Source: a virus (lineage: Duplodnaviria > Caudoviricetes). From it: 37,891 nucleotides of DNA. Below are positions 1 through 9,319 of this stretch, piece after piece. The DNA lies in the IMG/VR virus record IMGVR_UViG_3300036824_000115, positions 1 through 37,891 of that record. One strand, given 5' to 3'. Both the position numbers and the translations under genes were made by a program. The number at the start of each line of letters is the position of its first letter. The first letter of the stretch is position 1. The notes below the pieces were generated by a model that did not search any database, was not told the origin of the DNA, and worked only from the letters and a program-made list of their open reading frames with translations.

Positions 1-288
1 TTGCTAAGGGAGCCAGGCGCCCAACACTACTCCAAGGATATCGTACTCATTACCATTCAACGGGGGGAGCCCAGGCAGGACGTTAACGGTAACCGCCTAT
101 GCTTTGTTGAAACCAGCACCGGCAAGGACGGCACAATCTATGTGAAGGTCAGTAAACGCCGCTTTGATGTTGATACAGCGTCGATAGTGGCCGGTGAGCC
201 AATGGATATCCCGGATGGTCGCTGGATGGATCTGCGCCTTAAAATGCCAGCCCGTGCAGTTTCTGATGACATGTTGCTGGATGGTTGA
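1..288 (+). pseudogene. C-terminal fragment of a prophage tail-fibre protein (older neighbouring prophage)
   Basis: QDVNGNRLCFVET...VAGEPMDIPDGRWMDLRLKMP resembles the C-terminus of enterobacterial prophage fibres; the first ~25 codons look unrelated; followed by convergent dinI as at the right end of the main prophage. Confidence 0.6.
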
Positions 289-563
289 ACTTGCAAATGA
301 GTTTTAGCGTTAACGGCGGTGCATACGTTGACAATGTTCTGGACGTTGATTAGTTGAAATTTGGCAACGTATCGACTGCTTTGCTTTACTACTAATTCCT
401 ATCTGAAAATGCTGCTGGCACTGTTTGTGTCTGATAGACAGTGCTGGCGCATAATCATCTTTCCCAATATCATTTTTAGTGAACAGCTAGCTACCAACTC
501 AGCTTATTCGAGGTGTTTATGGTACAAGTGACTCTTAATTTCCTCGAAAACGGCCTGTCTCTA

Positions 564-806
564 TCAAATATCAGTAACCAGCCACTGATCCGATTCATCA
601 AACATCTCTTCTAACATCCGGTTCAGCTTCTCACGATCACTTTTGCTGGCATCTGAATTTAACCCGTTGGCCTGCATTGGTTTTACCCGGACTTCTGCAT
701 CTGGAAACAGCGTATGAACTCGTTTTTCCAGTTCGAGGCGGATAATTTCTGCCGCATTCGGCAGTCCATCAACATTGCGCTTATCAAACACCAATTCTAC
801 AAACAT
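564..806 (-). CDS. dinI: DinI-like (MsgA/DinI family) protein
   Basis: MFVELVFDKRN...RVKPMQAN...LEEMFDE.D.WL signature; SOS box directly upstream. Confidence 0.85.
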   Translation of the reverse strand: MFVELVFDKRNVDGLPNAAEIIRLELEKRVHTLFPDAEVRVKPMQANGLNSDASKSDREKLNRMLEEMFDESDQWLVTDI

Positions 807-819
807 AACTTACCTACAA

Positions 820-839
820 TACTGATTTAATATACAGTA
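820..839 (-). promoter_or_regulatory. LexA (SOS) box upstream of dinI
   Basis: TACTG-ATTTAATATA-CAGTA = CTG-N10-CAG with canonical flanks. Confidence 0.85.
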
Positions 840-916
840 TATTGGCTTGGCGATGCGGTCTTGGCAAGGGAAAATAGATAATTTTATCCTGTGCACGAAG
901 AGCGATTTGCAGGCAT

Positions 917-944
917 AAAAAAACCTGCTTTTTAGCAGGTTTTT
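917..944 (-). terminator. Rho-independent terminator (bidirectional shape) downstream of the tRNA repeats
   Basis: AAAAAAACCTGCT-TTTT-AGCAGGTTTTT. Confidence 0.8.
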
Positions 945-949
945 CAATT

Positions 950-1215
950 TGGTCGGCATGAGAGGATTACGCGCATCTTCGATGCTTGCCCTACGGGCCG
1001 TTGCTAAAGCAACGTGATCTCGCTGCACTCGGTTCAAACCTCCTTCGGAGGTTCTCATCCTTTCAACGCAGGGGTTCAAATTTGGTCGGCATGAGAGGAT
1101 TACGCGCATCTTCGATGCTTGCCCTACGGGCCGTTGCTTAAGCAACGTGATCTCGCTGCGCTCGGTTCAAACCTCCTTCGGAGGTTCTCATCCTTTCAAC
1201 GCAGGTGTTCAAATT
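950..1215 (-). repeat. Two tandem 133-bp tRNA-linked repeats (rtT-like), each ending in the last 19 nt of tRNA-Pro
   Basis: TGGTCGGCATGAGAGGATT recurs at 950, 1083 and 1216 (period 133); the copies differ at 3 positions; several internal hairpins. Confidence 0.9.
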
Positions 1216-1263
1216 TGGTCGGCATGAGAGGATTCGAACCTCCGACCCCCGACACCCCATGAC
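1216..1263 (-). mobile_element. Prophage attachment site: 3' 48 nt of tRNA-Pro(GGG) (proL-type), not an intact tRNA
   Basis: Reverse complement GTCATGGGGTGTCGGGGGTCGGAGGTTCGAATCCTCTCATGCCGACCA; D-arm and 5' acceptor strand missing; ~130 bp from the int stop. Confidence 0.9.
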
Positions 1264-1389
1264 ACCGACACTAAACCGCTGAAAGCCCCGCCCCGCCTGA
1301 CTCTCCTTTGTTTTGACTGTTCATACAAACAGTGCATTTCTCGCAAAAGCCTGCCTATATACATCAATAGGTTAGGGTAACTTTTACCA

Positions 1390-2568
1390 TTAACCTGTTT
1401 TGATTTCACCGTGGGGAACCACAACCCAATCGATATGGTTTTGGGTATAAATCTTCGTGGATTTTGCGTCACTGTGAGCCATGCGACCCTGCGGATCAAT
1501 CCCTTGGTTATCGAACAAATGCGCGGCTAATGCCCTGATCTCGTGGAACGTCGGTCGCTCTTCCATCTCCAGGTGATCGGACAACCCAAGCTGATCCCGC
1601 AATTTTGAAAATGAACGGCTAAGATAGTCAGGCGCTACCTGGGTAGGGTGCGCGACTTCTTTGCTGCGTTTTACGTTTCGTTCGGGTATGCGGTGTACCA
1701 CATACGGGCTGGCCACATTATCCCGACTGCCGTCAATAATTCGCTTCAACTCATCCCCGATCGGAATCGCGACATGTGAGGCTTCTTTTTTCTGCACTTT
1801 TTGACGGTGGATATACAGCGTACCGTGAATGCCATTTAACGGTTGGTCCAACCATACGCAACCACAAACGCCGTTTTTAGGTTCCCGAATTGAATACCGG
1901 ATCCGGGAAACCTCAAGCCGGGCATGGGTAGTCTGTAATGCTAAATCCATGGCGGTTCTTAACCATGGGGCTGCAGCTCTGCGAATGGCCATAAAATTGT
2001 CGAATGACAAACGCTGCCTTTTCTTCTCTTCAATTCTGCGCATTTTCTTCCGGGTGGCTGGGTTATCCAACATCAGCGATTCATCGACCGCATAGCTGAA
2101 AAGCTTCTTCAGAAAACTGACTTTCCGGTTTTGCACATTCGCAGATGCATCAGCGTGGTATTCCTTTATATACGAGTTGACGTGTTCCAGTTCGATATCG
2201 CATGCCGGGATCTTGTCGAAAAACTCTTTCACACGAGTCGCATCGTTATTCCAGTCATCCCGGGTGCTCTCGGACGGTTGCTCGTCTTTTATCGCCCGGG
2301 CCATAATGCGGTCGACATGTTCTGCGAATGGCAACGCCTCACCTTGAATTCCGCCAGACTCCCTGATCAGCGAATCGATAGATACTGACGTTTCAGGGCG
2401 CATTCTGTTGTTATATTCTCGAGCGATAGCGATCGCCATAGCACGATCACTACCGAGTGATTTACGTTTCCCGGTTACAAGCGTGAAGCGATAAACGCCT
2501 GTCGCCTTATCAAAATAGAGTAAATCAGGAAGATGCCGATTTTCCCGTCGGCGCGGGCGGGCAGCCAT
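1390..2568 (-). CDS. int: Tyrosine integrase with N-terminal arm-binding domain
   Basis: MAARPRR..LP N-terminus; catalytic R (HARLE), HxxR (HEIR), H (MAH), Y (KIY); next to att. Confidence 0.95.
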   Translation of the reverse strand: MAARPRRRENRHLPDLLYFDKATGVYRFTLVTGKRKSLGSDRAMAIAIAREYNNRMRPETSVSIDSLIRESGGIQGEALPFAEHVDRIMARAIKDEQPSESTRDDWNNDATRVKEFFDKIPACDIELEHVNSYIKEYHADASANVQNRKVSFLKKLFSYAVDESLMLDNPATRKKMRRIEEKKRQRLSFDNFMAIRRAAAPWLRTAMDLALQTTHARLEVSRIRYSIREPKNGVCGCVWLDQPLNGIHGTLYIHRQKVQKKEASHVAIPIGDELKRIIDGSRDNVASPYVVHRIPERNVKRSKEVAHPTQVAPDYLSRSFSKLRDQLGLSDHLEMEERPTFHEIRALAAHLFDNQGIDPQGRMAHSDAKSTKIYTQNHIDWVVVPHGEIKTG

Positions 2569-2786
2569 TACGACTCCCTGATCAGTTGATTAACGGCGTG
2601 GGAAACTTCGGATTGAACTCCCCAACGCTCAGATGAATAAACCCATGACATACCGTCTATTATCCTTCCTCGAAGTTGTCCGTGCTCAATCCAACGCTTA
2701 ACGGTGCGTTTATCAGGGATTGAACCCTCTTCAAACTCACGCTTTAGCCATTTGCTGGCGCGCATCAATTTGTCTTCATTGGCCAT
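2568..2786 (-). CDS. xis: Excisionase-like winged-HTH protein
   Basis: 72 aa, coupled to the int start, PDKRTVKRWIEHGQL motif. Confidence 0.7.
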   Translation of the reverse strand: MANEDKLMRASKWLKREFEEGSIPDKRTVKRWIEHGQLRGRIIDGMSWVYSSERWGVQSEVSHAVNQLIRES

Positions 2787-2834
2787 GGTTTTGTCTCCAC
2801 ACGATAGAGGCCCGCTGCAACGGGCCTGTAAAAA

Positions 2835-3416
2835 TTACAGTTCGGTTGGTTGCTGGTGGGGGGAAAGTAATCGCTGGTGGATTGCTGAAACATACCGCGC
2901 CTGGTGAATGGCATCTGCCAAAGCGTTATGACGTTCACCGTCGAATGGCAGATCACGTTTCGGGTCAAAACCTATCTGCCGGCCGAGGCTCACCATGGTG
3001 CGCACGTCGAGATCGTTGTACCAGTTCCAGCATGGCGCCACGCCGCAACGCTCATATGCTCCACGCAGAATGACATTATCGAAGGCGGCACCGTTGCCCC
3101 AGACCTTCAGGTACTTTGTCTGCTTGCAGCTGAGAGCAACAAAACTGGAAAGGGCATTGAGGGCTTCAGCTATTGGCTTCGCCTGGTCATTGGTGATCGC
3201 CGCCCGGGCTTCGCTGCTTTGCATCAACCACCAGTTAATGGTGTCGCCATCGGGAACGGCGCCGGCGGCCAGTTCACTGGCAAGATTCACCGCGGTATAG
3301 AATTGTAGTTGCCCCAGTTCACCGGTGGCAGGGTCGAAGAACACAGCACCGATCGCCACGATTGGCGCGTTGGGCTTGTTGCCCATGGTTTCCAGGTCAA
3401 TCATCAGATCATTCAT
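2835..3416 (-). CDS. DEDDh 3'-5' exonuclease (exonuclease VIII-associated / Rv2179c-like)
   Basis: MIDLET, WGNG..FD, HNALADA motifs. Confidence 0.88.
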   Translation of the reverse strand: MNDLMIDLETMGNKPNAPIVAIGAVFFDPATGELGQLQFYTAVNLASELAAGAVPDGDTINWWLMQSSEARAAITNDQAKPIAEALNALSSFVALSCKQTKYLKVWGNGAAFDNVILRGAYERCGVAPCWNWYNDLDVRTMVSLGRQIGFDPKRDLPFDGERHNALADAIHQARYVSAIHQRLLSPHQQPTEL

Positions 3417-4330
3417 TGTTTTTCACCTTGTTTTGGCGCTGCAGGCAATTGCATCCAATGGGTTACCGCGCTGTCGCACCATTCATTATTCCGGTTTATC
3501 CAGATGCAAACTCGTTGTTGAATAACGCTGGGTTCTTCTTTGCCAAACCAGCACCAATAAGCGCCGTCGGCATCAGGAGTCTGTTCGGTGCACGCTATCC
3601 AACCATCCGGAATATCCGGAGAGTTCAACTTGTAACCCTGGCTTACAGGTTGAGCCAATAACCGTTCAACCTCTTCGCGAGCATCTCCACACCTTATCGC
3701 GCTGAAGTGCCCGCGTGTCCCATCACAATCAAGTAGGCGATTAATAGCGTCCGCTAAACCATCAGGAATATTATTTGGAATAATTTGTGGTTCGTTTTGT
3801 GGTTGAGCTATGGTGTCCTCATTGGTGAGGGTAGCATTGCCGTCGCGCCAACAAACACATGGAGTAATGCCCATCTCGTCAATCACCCACTCTTCTCCAT
3901 GGCATCGATTGCAAGGTTTTGATTCGGCTTTAAGCATTGCGGTACGGCAGGCATCAACATTGCGCTTGAATCTCACGCCGACTATAGCTAATGCCGCCAT
4001 TAGCTTTTCCAACTGAATCACTATTCCTTCGTCGCTGTAGAATTCAGTCGGAAGATTCACCACTGCTGGCGCTGGCGGGGCGGTGTAGAGAGGAATTGAG
4101 GCACCATGCATGGGTTCAGACCACGCAATCAGGCTCCTTTCACTCTCCTTAGCATGAGCTAGTGTTAATTCGCTGGCATACATCACCGGTTGCGCCTCCC
4201 GGTTAGCCAGGAGTTCGCGGAGAGCAGCATTAAGCTTTAAGTCAATGTCTCGATCACCACGCAGTTGCCGGTCAATAAGAATCTGAATCTCTTCATTGCT
4301 CAGTCTGTGAGTCGTTAGTGTCTGTGTCAT
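3413..4330 (-). CDS. Mosaic Eaa-like protein with C-terminal DUF551
   Basis: PLYTAPPAP linker; GWI.C.E..P...VTHWMQLPAAP C-terminus; internal CxxC...CxC. Confidence 0.7.
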   Translation of the reverse strand: MTQTLTTHRLSNEEIQILIDRQLRGDRDIDLKLNAALRELLANREAQPVMYASELTLAHAKESERSLIAWSEPMHGASIPLYTAPPAPAVVNLPTEFYSDEGIVIQLEKLMAALAIVGVRFKRNVDACRTAMLKAESKPCNRCHGEEWVIDEMGITPCVCWRDGNATLTNEDTIAQPQNEPQIIPNNIPDGLADAINRLLDCDGTRGHFSAIRCGDAREEVERLLAQPVSQGYKLNSPDIPDGWIACTEQTPDADGAYWCWFGKEEPSVIQQRVCIWINRNNEWCDSAVTHWMQLPAAPKQGEKQ

Positions 4331-4339
4331 GCATCCCCC

Positions 4340-4600
4340 TTAACCTGCTGTTGAGTGAACTTGATTAGGAAAGTAGAGCGTATAGCCACCAAAATCAGCA
4401 CCAACTATCGACGCGGCGCGGCACCATTCCCCACCGTTTTGTTCCTGCTCGTTATCGATCTCATCTGTACGCGTGGCGTCGATAACACCGATACATGGGT
4501 CGCCTGTGGTGTAAAACCCCAGGCGCTTTGACGGGCAGCGGTTCAGCACATCCTGCAGCTCTTCCAGCCATTTCTTTTCTGCTTTGGTTAGCTTTGCCAT
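4340..4600 (-). CDS. Phage hypothetical protein
   Basis: Tightly packed in the leftward operon. Confidence 0.7.
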   Translation of the reverse strand: MAKLTKAEKKWLEELQDVLNRCPSKRLGFYTTGDPCIGVIDATRTDEIDNEQEQNGGEWCRAASIVGADFGGYTLYFPNQVHSTAG

Positions 4601-5002
4601 CTACTCATCCCCCACTGTGAAGCCCGCTTTCCCAACATCACGAGCAGCGGCATTGCGCCCATCAACCCAGCCCTTACAGTAGTCATCGCTCGCGCCGGTC
4701 ACATGGCATATGAAGAACTCGTCGTAGTTCACGATTTTAATCGGCGTAGCCAGCTTCTCGCTTTGCTGCATATGCGCCTGCATCAAATCGGCATACTTAT
4801 TGATTAGGCATTCATTGTGAGCTTCCAGCTCGGCAATGCGCTTATTCTTCGCTTCCATTTCTGCCAGCAGGGCTAGAACGGCAGCAGGGTTAGCAGCGAC
4901 AATGAATGCAGCAACAGCATCCTTCCCCTTCTTGTAGTTGTTAATGCCGCCCAATTCTTTGGCTTTCTCTGCGATTGCTTTCAGTTCGCTGATTTTATCC
5001 AT
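4601..5002 (-). CDS. Ead/Ea22-like protein
   Basis: AAFIVAANPAAVLALLAE.E...KRIAELE motif; start moved to ATG 5002, which overlaps the upstream stop. Confidence 0.7.
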   Translation of the reverse strand: MDKISELKAIAEKAKELGGINNYKKGKDAVAAFIVAANPAAVLALLAEMEAKNKRIAELEAHNECLINKYADLMQAHMQQSEKLATPIKIVNYDEFFICHVTGASDDYCKGWVDGRNAAARDVGKAGFTVGDE

Positions 5003-5297
5003 TGCGGCGCTCCTCATCCCACTTAACCATGTATTCTTCAATGTCAGACCATGCTTCACCCGCACCAGCCAGGCCATCGATAACGTCTTGCCTTTCGGTA
5101 TGACGCTCTTTTTTCTCAAGTTCGGCGATGCGCTGTAGCAGGGCGGATACGTACTCTTGCGAGTAGAGCGGGGATGAGTGAATATTCTCCATTCCCTCGG
5201 CGTTTGCTACATAGCATTCATCCAGCGTTGGTACATCTCCACCTCTGGTGTGAAGAACCCACGCAACAGGCTTGCTCAGTTCGCTCAGCTTATCCAT
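4995..5297 (-). CDS. Phage hypothetical protein
   Basis: MDKLSELSKPVAW...PLYSQEYVSALL; GGAGG RBS; overlapping neighbours. Confidence 0.7.
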   Translation of the reverse strand: MDKLSELSKPVAWVLHTRGGDVPTLDECYVANAEGMENIHSSPLYSQEYVSALLQRIAELEKKERHTERQDVIDGLAGAGEAWSDIEEYMVKWDEERRNG

Positions 5298-5532
5298 GCT
5301 TCACCTCCGCATAATGATTGCGCTCTGTGCGTCGTGCCTTTTCTTCCGTTGTTACCGTCAGAGATTTGGCCGGGACGCCACGATAGGCACTGCCAAAATG
5401 CTTAACCACTACGGAACCGTTATGAAAGGCGACAACCTCACAACCTCGCTTGCCCCATTTCGTTGTGTGGATGCAGAATGCGCCCACAGTCAGTTCGCTC
5501 TGCTTATTGTCCAATTTCTTCACCTGCTTCAT
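5290..5532 (-). CDS. Phage hypothetical protein
   Basis: Operon packing. Confidence 0.55.
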   Translation of the reverse strand: MKQVKKLDNKQSELTVGAFCIHTTKWGKRGCEVVAFHNGSVVVKHFGSAYRGVPAKSLTVTTEEKARRTERNHYAEVKHG

Positions 5533-5989
5533 AGCAAAGTTCCATCAGACGATACAGGCGCTCACCTTCATCCAGGCGATACAACTCAGCCCATTCATCC
5601 CAGTTTGCAGCCACCACGGCCCATTCTTTACCGTGCTGTGACATGTCCCGAATTTTATTTTCCAGCTCCGGCACCGCTTCGACCAGGCTCAGACAGCGGC
5701 CAAAGTCTGCTGGATCGCGTGGGTAATGGTTTTCCGCGATGAATTGGCCAGTAAGGACGGACGCCATATAGAGACTACTCGCGCCGGTATCATCGCTGGC
5801 CAGCCACGCGCTCAGGCCCATGCCTTCCGATGCCTTAACCACCGGTTTGGCGAATTCTGCGCAGATAATGTTTGCAGCTTGAGTGATGGCGTTGAACCAT
5901 CGAGCCTCAACGCCGATCCCAGGGTGCTGCCGGTCGATTTCTGTAGAGATCGCCGTGATGATGCTGATTTGACTAAGTTTTATGCTCAT
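5504..5989 (-). CDS. Phage hypothetical protein
   Basis: WL.SDDTG.SS and YP.DP.DFGRC motifs familiar from phage accessory proteins. Confidence 0.7.
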   Translation of the reverse strand: MSIKLSQISIITAISTEIDRQHPGIGVEARWFNAITQAANIICAEFAKPVVKASEGMGLSAWLASDDTGASSLYMASVLTGQFIAENHYPRDPADFGRCLSLVEAVPELENKIRDMSQHGKEWAVVAANWDEWAELYRLDEGERLYRLMELCYEAGEEIGQ

Positions 5990-5992
5990 AAT

Positions 5993-6256
5993 TTAAAATC
6001 TCTCTACAAAAGTTGCCGGGAAGGCGCCACGCACGCCTTCTTTCGATTGGTGATATTCGTGGCCACCTTCGCAGTGCGGGACAGCCTTCCACCAACCAGA
6101 CTCAGTTTCACCGGTGAACGTATTGGCAAGATCCGCGTCTATGATGCCGATTTCTATTGCCGCAGAGATAACCTCTTCTCGGGAATGGATGCCGCGGGCC
6201 ATTAGGCTATCAACGTCATAACCTCGAAGGTGTTCGATCTTTGTTGGCTTACCCAT
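5993..6256 (-). CDS. Phage hypothetical protein
   Basis: Translational coupling (TGATG) with the upstream gene. Confidence 0.65.
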   Translation of the reverse strand: MGKPTKIEHLRGYDVDSLMARGIHSREEVISAAIEIGIIDADLANTFTGETESGWWKAVPHCEGGHEYHQSKEGVRGAFPATFVERF

Positions 6257-6774
6257 CAGTAGCCCCCGCGGCGAGTAGCCAACCGAATACGTTGATAAAT
6301 TTCACCAGCATTGCTGCGTTCATCACCCAGTTCACAAGCGCAGAAATAATCGTAAGCAGCCCGTGTGCATGCTTGGTGCAGTCGTAAAAACTCGATCTTC
6401 AGTGCCTCAGAATGGCATCTGCTGATGAGGTCTGCTAATGCAGTAGGCTCACCTTCAATAGGGCGTAGCCAGTAGCAAACTGGGCCGTCTTCAGTATCGT
6501 GAATGGAGCCGATAAACCAGCCATCACCTGCAGGCGCGGTAGGGTTCCATTGGCTGATATCACCATCACCGGCTTCCAGGGCTTCCAACTGTTCGTCAGT
6601 GACATCGCTTTCCATCCATTGGAGATGACCAACGATCCGATTGGTATCCAGCCACGCTGCAAATTCACCAGGCGCTGCAAACTCTCCACCGTTAGCCGGC
6701 ACAAAGTAATCAGGGTGTGTCCAGTAGCCGTTTTCATCGCGCTGCGGTGCCATTGCTGTGATTAATTGGCTCAT
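6256..6774 (-). CDS. Phage hypothetical protein
   Basis: RDENGYWTHP and SIHDTEDGPVC motifs; GGAGG RBS. Confidence 0.75.
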   Translation of the reverse strand: MSQLITAMAPQRDENGYWTHPDYFVPANGGEFAAPGEFAAWLDTNRIVGHLQWMESDVTDEQLEALEAGDGDISQWNPTAPAGDGWFIGSIHDTEDGPVCYWLRPIEGEPTALADLISRCHSEALKIEFLRLHQACTRAAYDYFCACELGDERSNAGEIYQRIRLATRRGGY

Positions 6775-7454
6775 GCTGCCTCCAGTTGATAGACAAAGAA
6801 TTTACCCATGGCGCCATTTACCAGGTTACGGCGATCATATTGTTGGATACCCCAGACGATGGCGAACAGACACCAGGTAAAACCACTGGTAACCCTTCTG
6901 CAGCTGTCTTCCCAAAAATCGCTAAGGTCGATGTATTCAGAGCTGAACTCATGATAGGCAACGCTGGCTTCCCACTCGCTATATGAACCCTGCTTCAGGT
7001 CGTTGATGTTGGAAAGTTCTTCAGCTTTGATTTTGTTGGTTATGCCATCACCTTCTTCAATTTCTGCAAGCCAACTGTCATAGAACTCCTGGGCCCGAGC
7101 CTCGAAAGCATCTGATGACCATTCGGTATATATTTCCCGGCTGTAACCGCCACCCATTTGAAGCTTTTCAGCCCAGTAGCCGATGTTGATAGCTGGATCA
7201 TCACCGTGGCGCTGATAATTGCGGTGATCCATTCGGAAGAAATCGAACATGTCATGCAACCGGCGGAAAACGTAGGTACCCATATCTCCGCCAATACATA
7301 GATGCCCCGGCCAAGTGGTCAGCGTGAAGTGATAACAGCTGCTCCCGCCCCGAGAAAAAATCAGGTGCCTAAACACACCGTTATCGTTATCAACTGACAT
7401 TGAATGATTGCGGGTGTCATGCTTGAAGCGAGCCAAGACGTTTTCATCTTTCAT
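6771..7454 (-). CDS. Phage hypothetical protein
   Basis: TWPGHLCI.GDMG.Y.F and YWAEKL motifs; ATGA overlaps. Confidence 0.75.
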   Translation of the reverse strand: MKDENVLARFKHDTRNHSMSVDNDNGVFRHLIFSRGGSSCYHFTLTTWPGHLCIGGDMGTYVFRRLHDMFDFFRMDHRNYQRHGDDPAINIGYWAEKLQMGGGYSREIYTEWSSDAFEARAQEFYDSWLAEIEEGDGITNKIKAEELSNINDLKQGSYSEWEASVAYHEFSSEYIDLSDFWEDSCRRVTSGFTWCLFAIVWGIQQYDRRNLVNGAMGKFFVYQLEAA

Positions 7455-7762
7455 GATTTTTCTCCCTGGCTATGGGCTTTGTCATCCAAATAGGTGCGAT
7501 TGGCGCGGCATATCTGCGCCAGCGTATTTAACTCGATGAGAAAACCGCACATACCCTGGGCAGTTCGACGAATGCCAATCCTGTTAGACTTGCCAACCGA
7601 ACGCCGGGCCTTACGAGTAGCCTTGCGGTTGTGCGCATTGCACACCTCAAGCCAGCGGTCTTTGTCCTTATTTTTGTAAGGTGCGCGAGCCTTGCTCTGA
7701 CGTGAAATCTGCTCGATGAGATGTGCTTTATTTAGAGCGGAAAGATAGGTTACCTTGCTCAT
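7451..7762 (-). CDS. Basic phage hypothetical protein
   Basis: GGAGG RBS; ATGA overlaps at both ends. Confidence 0.65.
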   Translation of the reverse strand: MSKVTYLSALNKAHLIEQISRQSKARAPYKNKDKDRWLEVCNAHNRKATRKARRSVGKSNRIGIRRTAQGMCGFLIELNTLAQICRANRTYLDDKAHSQGEKS

Positions 7763-7941
7763 TTTGCCTCCTGGCGCCGCGCCGGGATTACTCCGTCAAC
7801 CGGCAGGCATTCATACTGCGGTGGTAACTGCTGCTGGTGGACATCCGCCAGGCAGTTGCTTTGATCTGGGTACACCCAGCCTTGCGGCACGAATTCGCAC
7901 GGCTGGTACGTGTAGCAGACGAGCAGGAACAGGCCGAACAT
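7759..7941 (-). CDS. Small Cys-containing protein (YebW/DUF1482-like)
   Basis: MF.L.LLVC....C......VY.....C........EC pattern. Confidence 0.6.
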   Translation of the reverse strand: MFGLFLLVCYTYQPCEFVPQGWVYPDQSNCLADVHQQQLPPQYECLPVDGVIPARRQEAK

Positions 7942-9116
7942 TAGGCATCCCCTCTGACTTTTAATGAGGTCAATACCGAGCGTGTGCCATCGGGGGCTGG
8001 GGTGGAAACAATGCCATCAACCTGCATCCGCTCAATGAGCCATGCAGCGCGGTTATATCCAATTCTGAATTTTCGCTGTAAGCCGGAAATAGAGGCTCTA
8101 TCGGTTTCGCGCACAAAAGAAACAGCATCAGGATATAAATCGTCATGCGGATGTTCAGTGCCGCTAATATCCACCCAATCATTATTTGGGTTGCCAGCGC
8201 CTCGTTCCATCTCCCCGCCAAGTACCTTGATCAAGTCATTGATTAACGCTGACAGTTCACCAGTTAGCAGAACGGCATCAGCATCGAAGCGTGTGGCGAA
8301 ATCCTCTCGGTCGATATCATCATTTTGCTCAAGCAGGTGTTCGCAAAACTTCAGTTTTCTAACACTTCCGGAATCAGTAATTGAAAAGCTAATCCGTTCC
8401 TGCCACTCAAGGGCCAAAGTGGTAACAAGCTTTCCGGCCTCAATGTTTGTCGCAACTTCATCGCCGCATAGGTCTTGTTTCTTACAGCTAATGGTCCCGC
8501 CTTCCTCCAGAATGGCTTTGAGCTGGGCCTCATCCTGCAAAACGAAACCAGCGGGCGGCTGCCCTGACCTTACCCACTCGGTTAAAGTCAACTCGATGGG
8601 GCTTTCCATTGTTAAAGGAACAACCGGCAGCGAACCAAGGCTTTTGCGTAGCAAGGCCAGAACATCTTCGGCTCGCTTGGAGCTTGTCGAATCAACCACA
8701 ATCAGGTCGTTAACGGTGTCGATCCACATGAATACGCTGCTAAAGCGGCTAAACGCTCGAGGTAGCAGGCTCTGCAAAGCCTCATCTTTCAGCGAGTCTC
8801 GTTCCGTTTTTTTCAGTTTGCGATGTTGTTCGCCTTCGAGCTTTTCGATCTGCTTCTGCACTTCCTCTTTAATTACCGAAGCAGGAAGGATTTTCTCTTC
8901 TTTACGAGCGCAAAGAATTACCTGACCATTAACGGCATGAAATAACGATGTGCCTTTCTTGCCCATAGGGGAGACCCAGCCTGCTTTCGCCATGTCCTGG
9001 CTGCCGCATGGTGCAAGGGCGAATGGTGCCAGGTGGGTTTCAATGGTTTCCGGCGATAAATCAACATCCCGAGATAGTCGATAAATAATGATGTTCTTGA
9101 AAGTTAAATGGCTCAC
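7941..9116 (-). CDS. rdgC: Recombination-associated RdgC fused to a C-terminal FtsK gamma domain
   Basis: FKN..IYRL, PCGSQD...[32 protein letters not shown]; tail DDLY.DAV.FV....[23 protein letters not shown]...GIVS; GTG start at 9116 after GGAG. Confidence 0.9.
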   Translation of the reverse strand: MSHLTFKNIIIYRLSRDVDLSPETIETHLAPFALAPCGSQDMAKAGWVSPMGKKGTSLFHAVNGQVILCARKEEKILPASVIKEEVQKQIEKLEGEQHRKLKKTERDSLKDEALQSLLPRAFSRFSSVFMWIDTVNDLIVVDSTSSKRAEDVLALLRKSLGSLPVVPLTMESPIELTLTEWVRSGQPPAGFVLQDEAQLKAILEEGGTISCKKQDLCGDEVATNIEAGKLVTTLALEWQERISFSITDSGSVRKLKFCEHLLEQNDDIDREDFATRFDADAVLLTGELSALINDLIKVLGGEMERGAGNPNNDWVDISGTEHPHDDLYPDAVSFVRETDRASISGLQRKFRIGYNRAAWLIERMQVDGIVSTPAPDGTRSVLTSLKVRGDA

Positions 9117-9236
9117 GATATTCTCCATCACTGATTTTCGGCAAAACGACTCCCTGCCAAGGCTCGGCAATATTTCGCAGAAAATAGGTTGATATTAATT
9201 GGCAGGGATACCACTTATCGCCTGCCATATTTCTCC

Positions 9237-9319
9237 ACACACCAGGTAGCGCACCGGTACAGGGTTTTTATACTGTGCAATATGAAAAATTGAACTGCCC
9301 AGTGCGCTACCTGATGTGT
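9237..9319 (-). ncRNA. Long-stem hairpin H1, probable RNase III site
   Basis: 18-bp stem 9237-9254/9302-9319 (U-G wobble on the minus strand), 47-nt loop. Confidence 0.6.

Noticed and set aside
946-1234. CRISPR-like array (three ~23-bp repeats at regular spacing)
   Set aside because: The intervening sequences are near-identical to each other, the repeat is a tRNA 3' end, and there are no cas genes
1216-1292. Intact tRNA-Pro gene
   Set aside because: Similarity stops at 1263; D-arm and 5' acceptor strand are absent, so it is the att duplication
810-1499. ORFs 810..1145 and 1209..1499
   Set aside because: They run through the terminator, repeats, att and the int 3' end; no protein-like features
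7984-8925. 313-aa plus-strand ORF
   Set aside because: Antisense shadow of rdgC; Ser-rich with no RBS. The same applies to most other opposite-strand ORFs in the track
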